Assembly: GCA_003858585.1 (NCBI GenBank)
Contig: RQZE01000015.1
Coordinates: 1-12,980, forward strand
DNA from: Erysipelotrichaceae bacterium OH741_COT-311
GTDB taxonomy: Bacteria > Bacillota_I > Bacilli_A > Erysipelotrichales > Erysipelotrichaceae
Direction of reading: 5' to 3'
Length of the DNA: 12,980 bases
A program made the position numbers and the translations under genes. The notes under the pieces were generated by a model. That model was not told the DNA's origin. It saw nothing but the letters and a program-made list of their open reading frames with translations, and searched no databases. Position 1 is the stretch's first letter; each line of letters opens with the position of its first letter. Below are positions 1 to 7,615 of this stretch, in pieces.

Positions 1-75
1 AAGTTAAGCATTTCTGCGGCGATTATAGCTATCCCTTGCGATAGTGAAACTAGCACGTTGCCAAGTTTTCTTTAA
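1..75 (+). CDS. 3' end of an upstream CDS (partial, product unknown)
   Basis: Frame 1 is the only plus-strand frame open from the window edge. It ends at TAA 73-75, at the foot of a hairpin plus T-run. Twenty-four residues (KLSISAAIIAIPCDSETSTLPSFL) are too few to name a product. Confidence 0.3.
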   Translation, partial: KLSISAAIIAIPCDSETSTLPSFL

Positions 76-99
76 AGATATCTTTTGATATCTTTTTTT
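74..99 (+). terminator. Rho-independent terminator candidate (AT-rich stem)
   Basis: aaagatatc (74-82), loop tttt, gatatcttt (87-95), with the T-run continuing to 99. There is no T-run on the opposite strand, so it is plus-strand specific. Confidence 0.5.
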
Positions 100-100
100 A

Positions 101-109
101 TGTTAAAAT
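101..109 (+). promoter_or_regulatory. Extended -10 promoter element TGtTAAAAT
   Basis: TG at 101-102 and TAAAAT at 104-109. Standard -10 to +1 spacing puts the predicted +1 at about 116, which is the A of the ATG of the next CDS. No Shine-Dalgarno sequence lies in between. Confidence 0.4.
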
Positions 110-115
110 AGATAT

Positions 116-976
116 ATGAAAAATAAAAAATTAGAACAAATCTTATTTACATCGTTTATCTTGTTCACTACTTCTTTGATTTATAGCTTATACTTTTTAG
201 GTTATAGAGATACAAAAGAACCTGTTACTTTATTAGTTGGGTTAAGTGATATTCAGGAAGTGAAGATTTTAGAATACGAATTTGTAAATAAAGAAGTTGT
301 AGTACCTTATGGTGAAATTGAAGAAGTATTACTTGATGACTTGCAAAGTGAAAATGGCATTCCTTGGCTTATTTCTAAAGTAAGTGATGGAGCACTCGGA
401 AGTGAAAAAGAAGTCTATCGTGAAGTTTACTTACATGATCAATTATTGGGAAATACCTTAATTCCCTACAGCAATGAAATTACAGAACCAACACCTACAG
501 TTTATAGTTATGGTTCTGATTTAGTTGAAGGAGCCTACTTTTACTCACGTAAAATTACTACTTATGGGGTTGATTGTGATGGATGTCATGTCAATGAACA
601 TGGACAAGGAGGAACAAGCAGTGGCATTATGTTGTCGCTTGATAGTGTACGTCAATCCGATGGTACATGGAAGCCGGGTATTACCTATGATGGTTACTAT
701 TTAGTCGCAACCGATCGTGCGTTGCCATTTTGTACAGTTTTAAAGTTTACCAATCCGAGAATAGAGGGCTCCGGTTTAAGTAGTGGAGAAGAGTTCTATG
801 CCTTAGTTGTTGATCGTGGTGGTGCCATCGATGATAGCGATATTGATTTTTTTGTAGGAAGTGAAGTTAATCCACTTGCAAGAAATTATAAGCGTAAAGG
901 AGTTAAAATTGAAATCGTACAATTTGGACGACGTATAAAGAATAGCTTAGGACAAAGGATGTGTAAAGTTGATTAG
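116..976 (+). CDS. Membrane-anchored 3D-domain (RlpA-like double-psi beta-barrel) cell-wall protein, YabE-like
   Basis: N-terminal KNKK followed by a hydrophobic segment (ILFTSFILFTTSLIYSLYFLGY). The C-terminus looks like a 3D domain (ITTYGVDCDGC...GGTSSGIML...LVATDRALPFCTVLKF...VVDRGGAIDDSDIDFFVGSE). Its position just upstream of rnmV-rsmA matches B. subtilis yabE. Confidence 0.75.
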   Translation: MKNKKLEQILFTSFILFTTSLIYSLYFLGYRDTKEPVTLLVGLSDIQEVKILEYEFVNKEVVVPYGEIEEVLLDDLQSENGIPWLISKVSDGALGSEKEVYREVYLHDQLLGNTLIPYSNEITEPTPTVYSYGSDLVEGAYFYSRKITTYGVDCDGCHVNEHGQGGTSSGIMLSLDSVRQSDGTWKPGITYDGYYLVATDRALPFCTVLKFTNPRIEGSGLSSGEEFYALVVDRGGAIDDSDIDFFVGSEVNPLARNYKRKGVKIEIVQFGRRIKNSLGQRMCKVD

Positions 977-1520
977 GATTAAAGAATTTATAGTAGTCGA
1001 AGGGAAAAACGATACACTTAATCTTAAGCGTTATTTTAACTGTGATACCATTGAAACACATGGAACTTGTTTAAGCACATTTACCATCAATTACATAAAA
1101 AAAGCGGTTTTAACTCGTGGTGTAATTATATTAACCGATCCGGATGGACCGGGTGAAAAAATCAGAAGCATCATCCAACAGCGTGTACAAGGATGTAAAC
1201 ATGCTTTTTTAAAGCCGGAACAATGTCGTAGTGAGGAAAAAGTAGGTGTTGAAAGTGCTGGTTTTGAAGCTTTACAAGAGGCCTTAAGCCATATCGCAAC
1301 TTCTAGCTATGAAGAACCATCGATTAGTCTTGAAGAATACAATAGTCTTCACCTTGATCAACAAGTATTACGCAATCGTATCAGTATGCATTTTCATCTT
1401 GGACATTGTAATAATAAGACGTTATTTAAACGTTTAAATATGTTTCAAATTAGCAAAAAAGACATTGAAAGGTTTTTACAACATGACAAAAGCGATAGCG
1501 ACCATCTCGAAAACAAATGA
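969..1520 (+). CDS. rnmV: Ribonuclease M5 (Toprim domain)
   Basis: TTG start 8 nt before the upstream stop, with AAGGATG about 8 nt upstream. Toprim motifs IVVEGKND and ILTDPDGPGEKIR are colinear with B. subtilis RnmV. Synteny with rsmA supports the call. Confidence 0.85.
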   Translation: MIRIKEFIVVEGKNDTLNLKRYFNCDTIETHGTCLSTFTINYIKKAVLTRGVIILTDPDGPGEKIRSIIQQRVQGCKHAFLKPEQCRSEEKVGVESAGFEALQEALSHIATSSYEEPSISLEEYNSLHLDQQVLRNRISMHFHLGHCNNKTLFKRLNMFQISKKDIERFLQHDKSDSDHLENK

Positions 1521-2334
1521 AATTTTAAAACAATTTAGCTTATACGCTAAAAAGAACTATGGGCAAAACTTCATCATTGATCCTTCGATTGTAGAAAAAA
1601 TAGCCAATAATGCCTCTTTTACTCAAGAAGATGCGGTGATTGAAATTGGTCCCGGTATTGGAGCATTGACAGAACAGTTAGCCAAACGTGCAAAAGCGGT
1701 CTATGCCTTTGAAATTGATGAACGTTTATTGGAAGTTTTAACATATTCCTTAAAGGACTATGCAAATGTAACCATCATTCATCAGGATTTTTTATTGTTA
1801 GACTTAAAATCATTTGTCGATAGTCTGAAACAAAATTATCGCAATATAGTCGTATGTGCCAATTTACCTTACTATATTACAACACCCATTCTGTTTAAAA
1901 TCTTTGAATCCAAGTGTAATATTCCGTTTATTACCGTTATGATGCAAAAAGAAGTGGCAGATCGTTTTACTGCAAGTGTCAACAGTGAAAGTTATAATGC
2001 TTTAAGTGTCATGGTTCAATATCTTTATGATGTAAAGGTGGTTATGAAGATTCCTCGTACTATCTTTAACCCAAAACCAAATGTTGATAGTACTGTGATT
2101 CAATTTATTGCCAAGGAAATACAACATCCGGTTAAGGATCAACAAAGATTCTTTGATTTTATTAAAGCCTGTTTTAAACAACGTCGTAAAACATTGTATA
2201 ATAACTTAAGAGCGTATTTGCAAGGGGATGTTGAAGCCTATTTAACAAGTTGCAATTTGGATGTCAAAATACGTGGACAACAATTAACCTTACAACAGTT
2301 TATCGAATTATACGAGGTAATTTATGAAGGATAG
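1483..2334 (+). CDS. rsmA: 16S rRNA (adenine1518/1519-N6)-dimethyltransferase
   Basis: KNYGQNFIID, SAM site VIEIGPGIGALT and the NLPYYITTPI motif. ATG 1483 (MTKAIATISKTNEIL) aligns with the KsgA N-terminus, whereas the track start at 1465 is a TTG extension. The gene overlaps the rnmV 3' end. Confidence 0.9.
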   Translation: MTKAIATISKTNEILKQFSLYAKKNYGQNFIIDPSIVEKIANNASFTQEDAVIEIGPGIGALTEQLAKRAKAVYAFEIDERLLEVLTYSLKDYANVTIIHQDFLLLDLKSFVDSLKQNYRNIVVCANLPYYITTPILFKIFESKCNIPFITVMMQKEVADRFTASVNSESYNALSVMVQYLYDVKVVMKIPRTIFNPKPNVDSTVIQFIAKEIQHPVKDQQRFFDFIKACFKQRRKTLYNNLRAYLQGDVEAYLTSCNLDVKIRGQQLTLQQFIELYEVIYEG

Positions 2335-3166
2335 AGCATATGCAAAAGTTAACTTGGTCTTAGAAGTTGTAAATCGATTAGAAAATGGATATCATGAATT
2401 AAATATGATTATGGCTCCATTGAATTTCTATGATGTGGTTGATATTGAATTTGCATCCGTCACAACCATTGAAAGCAATGCGGTTTACTTGCCGGTTGAT
2501 CAAAGAAATACAGTGATTAAAGCCATTGAATTACTTAGAGCGAAATATCAGTTTCAGCAACAATTTAAAATCAAAATCACTAAACATATACCAACGCAGG
2601 CAGGACTTGCGGGAGGGTCCAGTGATGCGGCAAGTACCATACGTATTTTAAATAAGCTTTTAAGATTGAATATGAGCTTACAAGATATGTTGGATATTGG
2701 TAAGCAAGTGGGTGCCGATGTTCCATTTTGTATCTTAAATCAACCTGCAGTGGTAAGGGGCATTGGAGAAGTTCTTCAACCCTTTGAACTGGAGTGTGAT
2801 TTCTGGTTAGTCTTAGTGAAACCACGTAAAGGCGTATCAACGAAATTAGCGTTTGAAGCATTAGAGGGAAAAGATATGGTTGGTGGTCATGTCGATGAAA
2901 TGAAAAAAGCTTTACAAAGTGATGATTATCCCAGTGTGATTGCTAATCTATTTAATACTTTAGAAAAGCCTTCCATTGCGATGGTACCGGAGATTGCGGA
3001 TATTAAAGACAAACTGTTAGCTATGGGTTTTGAGGGTGCTTTGATGTCTGGATCCGGGTCAACCGTATTTGGGATTACAAGACAGGAAGCACTTGCCAAT
3101 CAAGCTAGTGCTACGTTGAAGCAGTATGATTATTTTACACGTAAGGTTCAACTTTTAAAGAAATAA
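2324..3166 (+). CDS. ispE: 4-diphosphocytidyl-2-C-methyl-D-erythritol kinase
   Basis: N-terminal AYAKVNL..E.......GYHEL and GHMP kinase motif PTQAGLAGGSSDAAS. The start overlaps the rsmA stop by 11 nt, with GAGGT upstream. Confidence 0.9.
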   Translation: MKDRAYAKVNLVLEVVNRLENGYHELNMIMAPLNFYDVVDIEFASVTTIESNAVYLPVDQRNTVIKAIELLRAKYQFQQQFKIKITKHIPTQAGLAGGSSDAASTIRILNKLLRLNMSLQDMLDIGKQVGADVPFCILNQPAVVRGIGEVLQPFELECDFWLVLVKPRKGVSTKLAFEALEGKDMVGGHVDEMKKALQSDDYPSVIANLFNTLEKPSIAMVPEIADIKDKLLAMGFEGALMSGSGSTVFGITRQEALANQASATLKQYDYFTRKVQLLKK

Positions 3167-3177
3167 ACAAGGATAAA

Positions 3178-3210
3178 CAGAACTACGAACATGGAGTTCT
3201 GCTTTTTTTT
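3178..3210 (+). terminator. Rho-independent terminator after ispE
   Basis: cagaact (3178-3184) pairs with agttctg (3195-3201), followed by c and T8 (3203-3210). Confidence 0.6.
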
Positions 3211-3211
3211 A

Positions 3212-3220
3212 TGGTATGAT
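3212..3220 (+). promoter_or_regulatory. Candidate extended -10 (TGgTATGAT) for asnA
   Basis: TG at 3212-3213 and TATGAT at 3215-3220, about 28 nt upstream of ATG 3248. GGGGAGG (3237-3243) serves as the RBS. No convincing -35 element. Confidence 0.35.
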
Positions 3221-3247
3221 AATTTTTGTTATTTACGGGGAGGATAT

Positions 3248-4255
3248 ATGGGAAAATTACTATTACCAAAAGGGTATCAATCGCAATTGGATATTTTAGA
3301 AACACAAAAAGCAATTAAACTTACAAAAGATGTTTTTGAAAAAGAATTATCACAAGCTTTAAATTTAATACGTGTTTCAGCACCTTTATATGTTGAAAAA
3401 AGCAGTGGATTGAATGATGGATTAAATGGTGTAGAGCGACCGGTGTCTTTTGATTTTAAGCACATGGATTGTGTAGTAGAAGTAGTTCAATCTTTGGCAA
3501 AATGGAAGCGTAATGCTTTAAAAAAATATAATTTAAGTAAGGGTATGGGATTATATACCGATATGAATGCGATTCGTCGTGATGAAGAAATGGATAACTT
3601 ACATTCAACGTATGTTGATCAGTGGGATTTTGAATTGGTGATTGGACAAGAAGATCGTCATTTAGAGTATTTAAAAGGGGTTGTTTGTGGGATTGTGTCT
3701 TCCTTAATAAAAACACAAAAACAACTTCAACAGCACTATCCATTTTTAATGCCTATTATTCATGAAGAGGTGTATTTCATTACCAGTGAAGAGTTATTGC
3801 ATCGTTATCCTCATTTGAATAGTAAGCAGCGAGAAGATGCGATTTGTAAGGAACACAAAACAGTCTTTGTCATGCAGATTGGGGATTTGTTAAGTAATGG
3901 AGATAAACATGATGGACGTGCTTTTGATTATGATGATTGGTCATTAAATGGTGATTTATTGGTGTGGTATCCTTTGTTAGAACGAAGCATTGAGCTTAGC
4001 AGTATGGGAATTCGTGTTGATCAAGCAACGCTTAAGCAACAACAAGTCAAGGCAAAGGTTATGGATGAAGATTTAAAACAATATCATCATGATGTCTTAC
4101 ATAATCGCTTACCACTTACTATGGGTGGAGGAATTGGGCAATCACGTATTTGTATGGTATTGCTGAATAAAGCTCATGTTGGGGAAGTTCATGCTTCTAT
4201 TTGGCCGGTGTCAATGGTTGAAATGTGCTTAAATCATAATATCTTTCTATTATAG
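3248..4255 (+). CDS. asnA: Aspartate--ammonia ligase (asparagine synthetase A)
   Basis: Colinear with E. coli AsnA motifs: VSAPL, VQSLAKWKR, YVDQWDFE, LSSMGIRVD, GGGIGQSRICM. The start is set at ATG 3248 behind GGGGAGG, because the track start at 3191 lies inside the ispE terminator hairpin. Confidence 0.9.
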   Translation: MGKLLLPKGYQSQLDILETQKAIKLTKDVFEKELSQALNLIRVSAPLYVEKSSGLNDGLNGVERPVSFDFKHMDCVVEVVQSLAKWKRNALKKYNLSKGMGLYTDMNAIRRDEEMDNLHSTYVDQWDFELVIGQEDRHLEYLKGVVCGIVSSLIKTQKQLQQHYPFLMPIIHEEVYFITSEELLHRYPHLNSKQREDAICKEHKTVFVMQIGDLLSNGDKHDGRAFDYDDWSLNGDLLVWYPLLERSIELSSMGIRVDQATLKQQQVKAKVMDEDLKQYHHDVLHNRLPLTMGGGIGQSRICMVLLNKAHVGEVHASIWPVSMVEMCLNHNIFLL

Positions 4256-4272
4256 GTGCTTAGCACCTTTTT
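4254..4272 (+). terminator. Rho-independent terminator after asnA
   Basis: aggtgc (4254-4259), loop tta, gcacct (4263-4268), then T5. The asnA stop codon is inside the 5' arm. Confidence 0.7.
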
Positions 4273-4321
4273 AATTGTGCTAAAAATGTAGTAAAATAAA
4301 AAGGTATTAAGTGGAGGTTTT

Positions 4322-6067
4322 ATGGAGAATCAATTACCCCAAAAATTAATTACATTAAGAAAACATTATAACTTTTCACAGGCTTACGTTGCCAATATGA
4401 TACAAGTTTCTCCTATTGAGTACATGGGGTTTGAAAATGGTCGTTTAATGTGTAATTTAAAACAACTTAAATTATTATGTCAGTTATATGAAATAAGTCT
4501 TGATGAATTGATGCGAAATGATCAAGATGTAACGTTAAAGACGTTGTCGATGCAGCATCAAGAAGGCAAGAAACATATTAAAAAAGGATATATATTAATA
4601 GGCTTACTTTTGGGTTTATGTTTAGGTGTTATCTATACCTCATTTTTTATGCATAAACCAAAGAAAAAAGTGTTAGTGCCGATGGAAACAAAGGTCGATG
4701 TATTGTCAGCGTCCAATCGTTTTATTGCTTATATTGATCAAAAGGGTATGGTGTTTGGTCAAGGTGATAACAATAAAGGTCAACTGGATTTTACAAGTGG
4801 TGATATGAAGGCTCGTAAAGTGGTTACGGGTGTTAATTATAGCGTTGTCTTATATGAAGATGGTCAAGTTAAGGCATTTGGTTTTAGTGAAGATTATGCC
4901 AAGGAGTTGGATGATTGGAAGGATGTTGTAGATATTGCTTCGGGGGATGGTCATATCGTGGGCTTAAAGCAGGATGGAACTCTTTATTGTGTTGGAGATC
5001 GTGGTGGTAAGCAGTGTAAGGTGGATGAATGGAAAGACATTACCTTTATCAGTGCCTCACGTAATTCAACGGTGGCTATGAATCGTCAAGGACAAGTGTT
5101 TTATGCCGGAGAAAGTAAGTTTGAAAAAGCCACTACAGCGTTAAAGGATATTAAACAAATTGCCATAGGTGAAAATATGGTAGCAGTTATTAAGAGTGAT
5201 TTAACTGTTGAGTGTCTATCACAGTTTAATGGATGTAATAGTCAAGAGTGGAAAGATATTGTAGATATTGCCATTGGGGATGGTTTTGTTGTGGCATTAA
5301 ATAAACATGGAAGTGTGTTTATCAGCATTGCCAATGTGGAAATTGAAAAACAAGTACAGGCTTGGAGTCAAATTAAGGCCATTGATGCCGGAAAAGATTA
5401 TATTATTGCCTATGATGGGATTCATTTATATGGAGCCGGTAATAATACCTATAATCAATTTATTGCAGGTGATCAAGGAAATAAAACCAAGTTGGCTTCG
5501 CCGGAGAATTTGGTTGTTAAGGAGAGTAGTTCACAGGTCTTCTTTACTTGGGATAATGTGAAGAATGCATCGCATTATGAGTTCAGTATTAACTTAGAAG
5601 GTGGCTATAACGCTCGAGTTGACCAATCGCAGTTGGCGATTGATGCTGCAAAGTTTAAAGATGGTCAAACTTATAAGATTGTATTAAGTGCTTTACCAAG
5701 TGATCAACAATTTTATCATTCGGATGAAGTGATTTTCAATTATACTTACTTTGCTAAAGAGGAAACTTTACCAACAACGACAACATCGGAAGATCCGGTA
5801 GTGATTGTAGTTCCTATTAAGTACACCATTGCCCCTTTAATTGGTAAAAACAAAGAGAAGTTTGAAACCTATTTGACTGCCTTAGGTGTAGTAAATATTA
5901 CAGGAAGTGAAAGTGAAGAGCTTTGTCAAGATCAAGAAGTCAAGATTGTAAGTGTCACCGGTATTCATGAAGGGATGGAAGTCAGTGAAGAACAATTAAA
6001 GAATTTAGTTGTAGAGTATACGTATTGTAAGATAGTCAATACGGAAGAAAGTGGTAGTGAGCGATGA
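4322..6067 (+). CDS. Membrane-spanning HTH_XRE protein with an RCC1-like 7-blade propeller, Fn3-like and PASTA-like C-terminal domains
   Basis: GGAGG RBS at 4313-4317. aa 7-64 form an XRE-type HTH (LRKHYNFSQAYVANMIQVSPIEYMGFENGR...LYEISLDELM). A K-rich flanked TM lies at aa 89-110 (nt 4586-4651). Seven blades of about 37-38 aa lie at aa 125-385 with an RCC1-type signature (GQGDNNKGQL) and recurring W-K-D-I/V-x-x-I-A-x-G. aa 391-476 are Fn3-like (PENLVVKESSSQVFFTWDNV...HYEF). A Thr-rich linker LPTTTTSEDP follows. aa 497-572 are PASTA-like (APLIGKNKEKFETYLTALGV...VKIVSV...GMEV). Confidence 0.8.
   Translation: MENQLPQKLITLRKHYNFSQAYVANMIQVSPIEYMGFENGRLMCNLKQLKLLCQLYEISLDELMRNDQDVTLKTLSMQHQEGKKHIKKGYILIGLLLGLCLGVIYTSFFMHKPKKKVLVPMETKVDVLSASNRFIAYIDQKGMVFGQGDNNKGQLDFTSGDMKARKVVTGVNYSVVLYEDGQVKAFGFSEDYAKELDDWKDVVDIASGDGHIVGLKQDGTLYCVGDRGGKQCKVDEWKDITFISASRNSTVAMNRQGQVFYAGESKFEKATTALKDIKQIAIGENMVAVIKSDLTVECLSQFNGCNSQEWKDIVDIAIGDGFVVALNKHGSVFISIANVEIEKQVQAWSQIKAIDAGKDYIIAYDGIHLYGAGNNTYNQFIAGDQGNKTKLASPENLVVKESSSQVFFTWDNVKNASHYEFSINLEGGYNARVDQSQLAIDAAKFKDGQTYKIVLSALPSDQQFYHSDEVIFNYTYFAKEETLPTTTTSEDPVVIVVPIKYTIAPLIGKNKEKFETYLTALGVVNITGSESEELCQDQEVKIVSVTGIHEGMEVSEEQLKNLVVEYTYCKIVNTEESGSER
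4694..5476 (+). repeat. Seven tandem coding repeats of about 111-117 nt (propeller blades)
   Basis: The W-K/S-D/Q-I motif recurs at about nt 4916, 5030, 5147, 5249 and 5366. The DNA segments 4916-4950 and 5249-5283 are 29/35 identical and lie exactly 333 nt apart. Confidence 0.6.
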
Positions 6068-6294
6068 ATAAGCATTGGTATTATCGAAATAAAAGTGAAA
6101 AGGTCGGTCCGTTGAGTGAAGAGGAGTTTGTTAGTTGTATTCAAAATCAAATCATTCAAGAAGAGGATGAAATATGGACAAAGGGTATGAAGCATTGGTT
6201 GGCATTAAAGGATAGTATTTATAATTTTTATTTCATGAAGTTTGATACGTTAACCATGGAAGATATAGAGGAAAAAGATGATGAAATTATATAA
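6064..6294 (+). CDS. GYF_2 (DUF4339-type) domain mini-protein
   Basis: HWYYRNKSEKVGPLSEEEFVSCIQNQIIQEEDEIWTKGMKHWLAL fits the GYF_2 pattern WYY..g...GP.s.eel......g.i...t.vW..GM..W. The acidic tail is EDIEEKDDEII. The start shares ATGA with the upstream stop. Confidence 0.7.
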   Translation: MNKHWYYRNKSEKVGPLSEEEFVSCIQNQIIQEEDEIWTKGMKHWLALKDSIYNFYFMKFDTLTMEDIEEKDDEII

Positions 6295-7615
6295 CAGTAA
6301 AACATTAAAAGTAGAAGAGTTTGTACCAATTCGTAAGAATCATGTCGATATGTATGTGTGTGGGCCAACAGTGTACAATGATATTCATATTGGTAATGCT
6401 CGACCAATTGTGGTTTTTGATACCTTAAAGCGTGTCTTTTTAGCAAGTGGATACACCGTAAAATACGTTTCAAATTATACGGATGTAGATGATAAAATTA
6501 TTCACAAAGCGATGCAACAAGGGGTAAGTGAGGCAGTTATTACTCAGCGTTATATTGAGGCGTATAATCAAGTAAGAAAGGCATTGAATACGCAAGAGTT
6601 AGAGGCCGCACCAATGGTAACCGATACGATGGATGAAATCATTGATTTTATTGATCAATTGGTAATGAATGGCTATGCATATTGTGTAGATGGCGATGTG
6701 TATTTCCGTATTAATAGTATAGATACCTATGGAGAAATTTCACATCAAAACATTGAAGATTTAAAAGTTGGAGCTCGTATTGAAGAAAATACGAAAAAGG
6801 AAAATCCTCTTGATTTTTCTCTTTGGAAAAAGACGGATATGGGTATTAAGTGGCAAAGTAAGTGGGGTTTAGGAAGACCCGGATGGCATAGTGAGTGCGT
6901 TGTCATGATTTGTAATGAGTTTAAAAAGTCGCTCATTGATATTCATGGTGGTGGTATGGACTTACGTTTTCCACATCATGAAAATGAAACGGCACAGGCT
7001 CGTGCATTGTATAAAAGCGGATTAGCGAATTATTGGTTGCATAATGCGATGATCAATTTAGATGGTGAAAAGATGAGTAAGTCATTAGGTAATACGGTGG
7101 CAGCTAAGGATGTGTTAGAACAACTTGGTAGCAATGCGACACGTTGGTTATTGCTTTCGACGCATTATCGCAGTGAAGCAAATTTTTCTGATTTGACCAT
7201 TGAAACAGCGGTAAAAGAATTGGAAAAGGTGATGAATCCTTTAAAACAGGCATATATTAAGTTAGAGTTAGCTTCTTATGGATTAGAAGATGAGTATGAT
7301 CAAACAAGTTTTCATGCTTTTTTAGCTTATATGCAAGATGATTTAAATACGCCAAATGCGATGGCAGAAATTTTTGAGACGGTGAAAAAATTAAATCAAT
7401 GTATGCGTGTAAAAGACATTGATTTAAAACAAATAAATCTTCTTGTATGCTCCTTAGAAAAGATGTTGGATGTTTTAGGTATTAAGGTTACACGTATGGT
7501 ATTAACTCCTGCACAACGTGAAATGTTTGAACGTTGGAATGAAGCCAAAGCGAAAAAAGACTTTGCATTAGCGGATCAATATCGACAAACATTGATGCAA
7601 GAAGGATTGTTGTAA
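6278..7615 (+). CDS. cysS: Cysteine--tRNA ligase
   Basis: Class I signatures: YVCGPTVYNDIHIGNARP (HIGH) and GEKMSKSLGN (KMSKS). AGAGGA at 6267-6272 is the RBS. The start is ATG 6278 or 6281, both inside the GYF_2 ORF. Confidence 0.93.
   Translation: MMKLYNSKTLKVEEFVPIRKNHVDMYVCGPTVYNDIHIGNARPIVVFDTLKRVFLASGYTVKYVSNYTDVDDKIIHKAMQQGVSEAVITQRYIEAYNQVRKALNTQELEAAPMVTDTMDEIIDFIDQLVMNGYAYCVDGDVYFRINSIDTYGEISHQNIEDLKVGARIEENTKKENPLDFSLWKKTDMGIKWQSKWGLGRPGWHSECVVMICNEFKKSLIDIHGGGMDLRFPHHENETAQARALYKSGLANYWLHNAMINLDGEKMSKSLGNTVAAKDVLEQLGSNATRWLLLSTHYRSEANFSDLTIETAVKELEKVMNPLKQAYIKLELASYGLEDEYDQTSFHAFLAYMQDDLNTPNAMAEIFETVKKLNQCMRVKDIDLKQINLLVCSLEKMLDVLGIKVTRMVLTPAQREMFERWNEAKAKKDFALADQYRQTLMQEGLL

Noticed and set aside
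1-115. Riboswitch (for example c-di-AMP ydaO-type, known upstream of cell-wall hydrolase genes) ahead of the 3D-domain gene
   Set aside because: Frame 1 is open from the window edge to TAA 73-75, so this looks like the coding 3' end of the upstream gene. I recognise none of the conserved ydaO core motifs. Too little upstream sequence is available, and a covariance-model scan of a longer region would settle it.
3191-3247. N-terminal extension of asnA (track start 3191, MEFCFFLWYDNFCYLRGGY)
   Set aside because: ATG 3191 lies in the loop of the ispE terminator hairpin, and the extension runs through the 3' arm and T8 tract. A strong GGGGAGG RBS precedes ATG 3248, and AsnA homology begins there.
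4916-5283. 35-nt near-repeat (29/35 identical) at 4916-4950 and 5249-5283, considered as a DNA-level repeat element
   Set aside because: Both copies encode the same W-K-D-(V/I)-V-D-I-A-x-G-D-G blade junction of the propeller and are in frame, exactly 111 codons apart. This is explained by the protein repeat, possibly a three-blade duplication, not by an independent DNA element.
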